Source of the DNA: an uncultured Gammaproteobacteria bacterium
Lineage (GTDB): Bacteria; Patescibacteriota; Microgenomatia; UBA12405
NCBI GenBank assembly: GCA_964582365.1
Contig: CAZOQV010000001.1
Coordinates: forward strand, 12,712 to 76,711
Direction of reading: 5' to 3'
DNA: 64,000 nt
In this document: positions 59,995-64,000 of the stretch, piece after piece
How the letters are laid out: every line of letters starts with the position of its first letter
Numbering within the stretch: the stretch's first letter is position 1
Made by a program: the position numbers and the translations under genes
The notes under the pieces: generated by a model
What the model was told of the DNA's origin: nothing
Database searches by the model: none
What the model saw: the letters and a program-made list of their open reading frames with translations, nothing else

Positions 59995-61056
59995 ATGACT
60001 GAAAATTTGTTAACCACTCAAGAGGCGATTAAACGTCTAACTGATAAAGTTGCCTCCGTCAAGGTTCCTGAAAATTTAGCGTCTAAATTACAGGAGCTTT
60101 TTATGCAATTAGAAATCAATGCTCAAAATGAAATGTCTTTTTGGTCAAGTTATTACAACATTTCTAAATACATTGATTGGGTCATTTCCGTTCCTTGGTT
60201 TAATCAAACTAAAGACATTTTAGATTTAAATTATGCCAAACAAAAACTTGATGAAGAACATTTTGGTTTAGACACCATCAAAGAGAGACTCATGGAATAT
60301 ATTTCCGTCATGTCTCTTCAAAAAATGCGTAATCCAAGTGAATCAGTTCATGCCCCTGTTCTTTTGTTTGTTGGTTTAGTTGGTACTGGTAAAACCACCA
60401 TGGCCAAATCTATTGCTCAAGTTTTAGGTCGTGAAATCATCAGAATTCCTTTTGGTGGTTTAGGTGATGCTAATTATCTTCGTGGTCGTTCTCGAACCAA
60501 TCCTGATTCTGAGCCAGGTCAAATTATAAAAGGTTTGGTCAATTGTAAAAGTAATAATCCAGTTATTTTATTAGATGAAATTGACCGTGTGGCCGACGAT
60601 GCTCTCAACACCATCATGGGTGTTTTAGTTGAAATTCTTGACCCAGAACAGAATAATCATTTTACTGATCATTATTTAGACTATCCGGTTGATCTTTCTC
60701 AGGCCATTTTTTGTGCTACCTGTAACAACACTTCTCGTATTGCTACCGCTGTTATGGATCGTTTGGAAGTTATTCAAATGCCATCATATAATGACGACGA
60801 AAAAACTGCCATTGCCAGAGACTATCTCTTACCTCGAGCTTTGAAGAATAATGGTTTAACCGTAAATGATCTTCAAGTTTCAGATAATATGTGGTCACAA
60901 ATTGTCCGACCTCTTGGTTTCGACGCTGGTGTTCGTACTCTTCAACGTAATATTGAAGGTATGTGTCGCAAAGTTGCCAAAATTATTTTAGAAGGTAAAA
61001 TTCGACAAGTTGTCGTCGACGAATCTAACGTCAAAACTTTCTTACCTCAATGGTAA
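59995..61056 (+). CDS. Lon-like AAA+ ATPase module with no N-terminal substrate domain and no C-terminal Ser-Lys protease domain
   Basis: It aligns by eye to E. coli Lon residues of about 250-585: YIDWVISVPW, HFGLDTIKERLMEY, Walker A GLVGTGKT, LLDEID, VLDPEQN...DHYL, AGVRTLQR. It ends 80 nt before rnj. Confidence 0.7.
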   Translation: MTENLLTTQEAIKRLTDKVASVKVPENLASKLQELFMQLEINAQNEMSFWSSYYNISKYIDWVISVPWFNQTKDILDLNYAKQKLDEEHFGLDTIKERLMEYISVMSLQKMRNPSESVHAPVLLFVGLVGTGKTTMAKSIAQVLGREIIRIPFGGLGDANYLRGRSRTNPDSEPGQIIKGLVNCKSNNPVILLDEIDRVADDALNTIMGVLVEILDPEQNNHFTDHYLDYPVDLSQAIFCATCNNTSRIATAVMDRLEVIQMPSYNDDEKTAIARDYLLPRALKNNGLTVNDLQVSDNMWSQIVRPLGFDAGVRTLQRNIEGMCRKVAKIILEGKIRQVVVDESNVKTFLPQW

Positions 61057-61184
61057 TTTTAAAAAGATACTTAAGCGATTTTTTAGGTAAAATTAATTAA
61101 GAAAAAGTTATTAGTTCTGAACATATTTGTGGTTCGTTGTTCAGACATTTATTATTATTTATATTTATAATCACAAAAAAAATT

Positions 61185-62930
61185 ATGTTAAATCAAAAAA
61201 CAAAAATTATTAATGCTCCAAATCAGGTCCGAGAATATCATTCCGGCACTGATTCTGTCCGAATCAGTTCACTTGGTGGGTTCGGTGACGTCACTCAGAA
61301 TATGTTCGTTTACGAATTTATTCCCAGTGGTGATGTTTCCAAAAGCCAAATTATTATAGTCGATTGTGGCGTCGGTTTTCCTGAAGAAGATGCTTTTGGC
61401 GTCGATCTTCAAATTCCCGACACTCATTATCTTCAAGATAAAAAAGACCGAATTTTAGGCATATTTATTACTCATGGTCACGAAGACCATATCGGTGCTG
61501 TCCGTTTTATTCTGCCTATTTTAGGTCAAAATATTCCGGTTTATGCCCCAAAGCTTGCCGCTGCTTTTATTGAAGCCAGATTGGCCGAAAGCAATGTTCG
61601 TGCTAATCTTCAAACTTACGACAATCTAACTCCGCCAATTACTAAAGGCGTTTTTACTATTGACCCAATTCGTCTTACTCATTCTATTCCTGACACTTTT
61701 CACTTCGCCATTACCACTCCCATAGGTATTTTTTATCACGGTTCTGATTTTAAGTTTGATCTTTTCCCTCTTGATGGTAAAGGTGCTGATTATTCCCATA
61801 TTGCTCGTGTCGGTCAAACTGGAAAAGTTATTGCCTTAATGTCAGATAGTTTAGGTTCTGATCATGAAGGTTGGTCTCCATCTGAAAGTTCTATTGCTCA
61901 AAATTTCAAACAAGAAATTATTTCGGCTAAAGGGCGTGTTTTTGTTACTTCAATCTCCAGTAACATTATTCGTTGGACTCAAGCCATTGAATACGGCAAA
62001 AGTGTCGGTCGAAAAATAGTTATCGTTGGCTTTTCCGTTGATCGAGCCATCAGTATTGCCAAAGATTTGGGTTATGTAAATCTAGCCGATTCTGATATTA
62101 TTCCTATCGAACGAGTTAAAAACTTTTCTGAAAATAAACTTATGTTTTTAGTTGCTGGTTTTGCCGGTCAACCAGATTCTGCTCTAAGCAAAATGGTTAT
62201 GGGCAAACATAAAGTTAAAATAAAATCCGGAGATAAGGTAATTTTTTCATCTCCAGATTATATCCCTGGCACCACTTCTAATATTTTCAGCATGATTGAT
62301 CTTTTATCAAAAATGGGGGCTGAAGTCGTCTACGGTGAAAAAGAAGAATTACATGTTTCTGGTCACGGATATCAAAAAGAACATGCTCTTTTAATTAATT
62401 TATTAAAACCAAAATATCTATTACCAATTGGTGGTAATTATCGTCATCTTAAAAGTTATCAACAGATGGCTAAAAAACTAGGTTACACTGAAGAACAGGT
62501 AATTTTACCTGATTTCGATGGTACAGCCACTTTTCATAATAATGGAACAGTTGACACTAATTATCATATTTCCATTAGAAAAGTTTTAATTGATGGATTT
62601 GGTGTTGGTGATGTCGGAACTACTGTTTTGCGTGATCGAAAAGTATTGGCTGAAGATGGTATGTTTTCGGTTGTTCTTTTAGTTGAAAAAATATCTGGTC
62701 AATTAACTAAACCGCCAGTAGTTCTCAGTCGAGGTTTTGTTTTTATGAAAGAAAACACCGAGCTGATCGATTATTTAAAACTTGAAATTACTAATAAATT
62801 TAATCAAGCCACCAGTTCTCCGGCCAATATGGATTTCATTCGTGAAGAAGTTCAGGCTTATGTCGAGGAAATTATCTACAAAAAAACCGGCCGCCAACCC
62901 ATGGTCTTGCCGTTGGTGATTGAGGTTTAA
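61185..62930 (+). CDS. rnj: Ribonuclease J (metallo-beta-lactamase/beta-CASP)
   Basis: HGHEDHIGA, beta-CASP motifs and a C-terminal domain. ATG at 61185; a TTG at 61137 is in frame. Confidence 0.85.
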   Translation: MLNQKTKIINAPNQVREYHSGTDSVRISSLGGFGDVTQNMFVYEFIPSGDVSKSQIIIVDCGVGFPEEDAFGVDLQIPDTHYLQDKKDRILGIFITHGHEDHIGAVRFILPILGQNIPVYAPKLAAAFIEARLAESNVRANLQTYDNLTPPITKGVFTIDPIRLTHSIPDTFHFAITTPIGIFYHGSDFKFDLFPLDGKGADYSHIARVGQTGKVIALMSDSLGSDHEGWSPSESSIAQNFKQEIISAKGRVFVTSISSNIIRWTQAIEYGKSVGRKIVIVGFSVDRAISIAKDLGYVNLADSDIIPIERVKNFSENKLMFLVAGFAGQPDSALSKMVMGKHKVKIKSGDKVIFSSPDYIPGTTSNIFSMIDLLSKMGAEVVYGEKEELHVSGHGYQKEHALLINLLKPKYLLPIGGNYRHLKSYQQMAKKLGYTEEQVILPDFDGTATFHNNGTVDTNYHISIRKVLIDGFGVGDVGTTVLRDRKVLAEDGMFSVVLLVEKISGQLTKPPVVLSRGFVFMKENTELIDYLKLEITNKFNQATSSPANMDFIREEVQAYVEEIIYKKTGRQPMVLPLVIEV

Positions 62931-62940
62931 ACTTTTTCTA

Positions 62941-62972
62941 TTGTAGAGACGCGATTAATCGCGTCTCTACAA
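62941..62972. repeat. REP-like palindrome copy 2: a perfect 32-nt palindrome TTGTAGAGACGCGATTAATCGCGTCTCTACAA
   Basis: Self-complementary over its whole length; lies 11 nt after the rnj stop and 42 nt before the transposase-like gene. Confidence 0.65.
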
Positions 62973-63013
62973 ATTTAAATTTATTTTTTTAACTTTTCTT
63001 GCCATAATTATTT

Positions 63014-63586
63014 ATGGTAATTGTAAATAATCCAACCAAATTTGCCGACAAATTTAAACTAAAATCATCTCGTCTAACCAGTTGGGATTATTCCACCCCT
63101 GGATATTATTTCATCACCATCTGTACTCTTAATCATAATAATTTCTTTGGAAAAATTATTAATAATAAAATAATTTATTCAAAACGTGGTGAAATTGCTA
63201 AATCTGAATTATTAAAAACATTCGAAATTAGAAAAAATATTAAATTACACGAATGGATTATTATACCTAATCATGTTCATATTTTAATGGAAATAAAATA
63301 TCAAAATTATCAACTAAATAGATGTAGAGACGTTCCGCAGAACGTCTCTACAGAATCGAAAAAGTTTTCAGTTATTTCTCCTAGATCAAATTCTATTTCA
63401 AATATTATTAAACAATTCAAATCCGCCGTTACAAGGCAAATCAATCCCCAAACCATATTTTTTGGATGGCAACCCCGTTTCCACGATGAAATCATTAAAG
63501 ATGAAAAAAAATTATTAATAGTCAAAGAATATATTAAAAATAATATTATAAATTGGAACAAGGATAAATATTTTATAAAATCATAA
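63014..63586 (+). CDS. IS200/IS605-family HuH transposase-like protein of the REP-associated (RAYT/TnpA_REP) type, with the catalytic Tyr position apparently substituted
   Basis: The HuH motif PNHVHILMEI, helix KQFKSAVTRQIN, and C-terminal WQPRFHDEIIKDE, which parallels RayT WQRNYYEHVIRNE. An in-frame palindrome lies in the CDS. Confidence 0.55.
   Translation: MVIVNNPTKFADKFKLKSSRLTSWDYSTPGYYFITICTLNHNNFFGKIINNKIIYSKRGEIAKSELLKTFEIRKNIKLHEWIIIPNHVHILMEIKYQNYQLNRCRDVPQNVSTESKKFSVISPRSNSISNIIKQFKSAVTRQINPQTIFFGWQPRFHDEIIKDEKKLLIVKEYIKNNIINWNKDKYFIKS
63323..63352. repeat. REP-like palindrome copy 3 (13-bp arms TGTAGAGACGTTC/GAACGTCTCTACA, 4-nt centre), embedded in frame in the transposase-like CDS
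   Basis: It encodes RCRDVPQNVST between the HuH motif and the downstream helix. Confidence 0.6.
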
Positions 63587-63600
63587 GCTATAATAAAGCC

Positions 63601-64000
63601 ATGAGATACTCACAACTTTTCGGTAAAACCAGTAAAACTGTTGCTTCTGATGCTGACAGTATTAATGCTAAATTGTTAACACAAGGCGGTTTCGTTCAAA
63701 AAGAAATTTCTGGTGTTTATAATTATTTACCCTTAGGTATCAGAGTTTTAACAAAAATTCAAAACATTGTTCGTGAAGAAATGAATAAAATTGGAGGGCA
63801 AGAAATATTAATGCCTGCCATGACTCAAGAAGAAAATTGGGAAATCACTGAAAGAAACTCTATGGATGTTCTTTTTCATTTAAAAGGACAAGGTGATACT
63901 AGCTTAGTTTTAAACCCTACTCACGAAGAAGTTGTCACTCCTTTAGCTCAAAAATATCTTTTTTCTTATCGAGATTTACCAGTTGCTGTTTATCAAATTC
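63601..64000 (+). CDS. proS: Prolyl-tRNA synthetase, N-terminal part (3'-truncated by the window edge)
   Basis: MRYSQLFGKT...ISGVYNYLPLGIRVLTKIQNIVREEM matches the ProRS N-terminus. The ORF runs to the end of the window. Confidence 0.8.
   Translation, partial: MRYSQLFGKTSKTVASDADSINAKLLTQGGFVQKEISGVYNYLPLGIRVLTKIQNIVREEMNKIGGQEILMPAMTQEENWEITERNSMDVLFHLKGQGDTSLVLNPTHEEVVTPLAQKYLFSYRDLPVAVYQI

Noticed and set aside
61057-61184. Possibility that the Lon protease domain is encoded just downstream after a frameshift
   Set aside because: Only about 130 nt separate the Lon-like ORF from rnj, and no frame there encodes an S16 protease-like sequence
1-64000. tRNA, rRNA, tmRNA, RNase P or CRISPR loci
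   Set aside because: Intergenic spaces are short (mostly under 100 nt), and none shows tRNA cloverleaf-compatible GC-rich arms or repeat-spacer structure. The only GC-rich noncoding elements are the REP-like palindromes and terminator stems

Overview
The window is AT-rich (about 30-35% GC), densely coding and almost entirely co-directional. Its gene content looks like a Patescibacteria (CPR)-type genome: reduced housekeeping proteins such as a short HrcA, a DnaJ without a zinc finger, a short IF-2 and a short 2-oxoacid oxidoreductase beta subunit. I found no rRNA, tRNA or CRISPR array. Left to right: (i) the 3' 3.7 kb of a giant cell-surface repeat protein, followed by a Cys-rich secreted protein and an SH3b-anchored membrane protein; (ii) 2-oxoacid:ferredoxin oxidoreductase alpha and beta subunits, a CBS-less IMPDH/GMP-reductase-type enzyme, two class-I methyltransferases, an SdpI-like membrane protein, map, folD, a secreted alpha/beta hydrolase, tatD, metG, rpsT and murJ; (iii) three single-TM proteins and a surface protein with an IPKTG sortase signal; (iv) a six-gene lipid-linked glycosylation cluster (UbiA-type phosphoribosyltransferase-like, two GT-C paralogs, an NAD-dependent epimerase, a PAP2 phosphatase and another large GT-C-like membrane protein) that resembles the mycobacterial decaprenyl-phospho-arabinose (DPA) pathway; (v) a UvrD/PcrA helicase, cupins, a DUF218 protein, a FemAB-family protein, gatCAB, a HAD hydrolase, a UvrD helicase fused to a PD-(D/E)xK nuclease, a DUF2207 protein with a poly-Gly tail, dut and rmuC; (vi) an hrcA-grpE-dnaK-dnaJ operon with a CIRCE-like operator; (vii) nusA-infB, rpsO-pnp, a Lon AAA+ module with no protease domain, and RNase J; (viii) a REP-like palindrome family (TGTAGAGACG...CGTCTCTACA, three copies) next to a RAYT/IS200-like HuH transposase-like gene; and (ix) the start of proS. 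The best candidates for an undescribed system are the DPA-like glycosylation cluster and the REP/RAYT pair. All calls rest on motif-level reading of the translated ORFs and are inferences without database searches.
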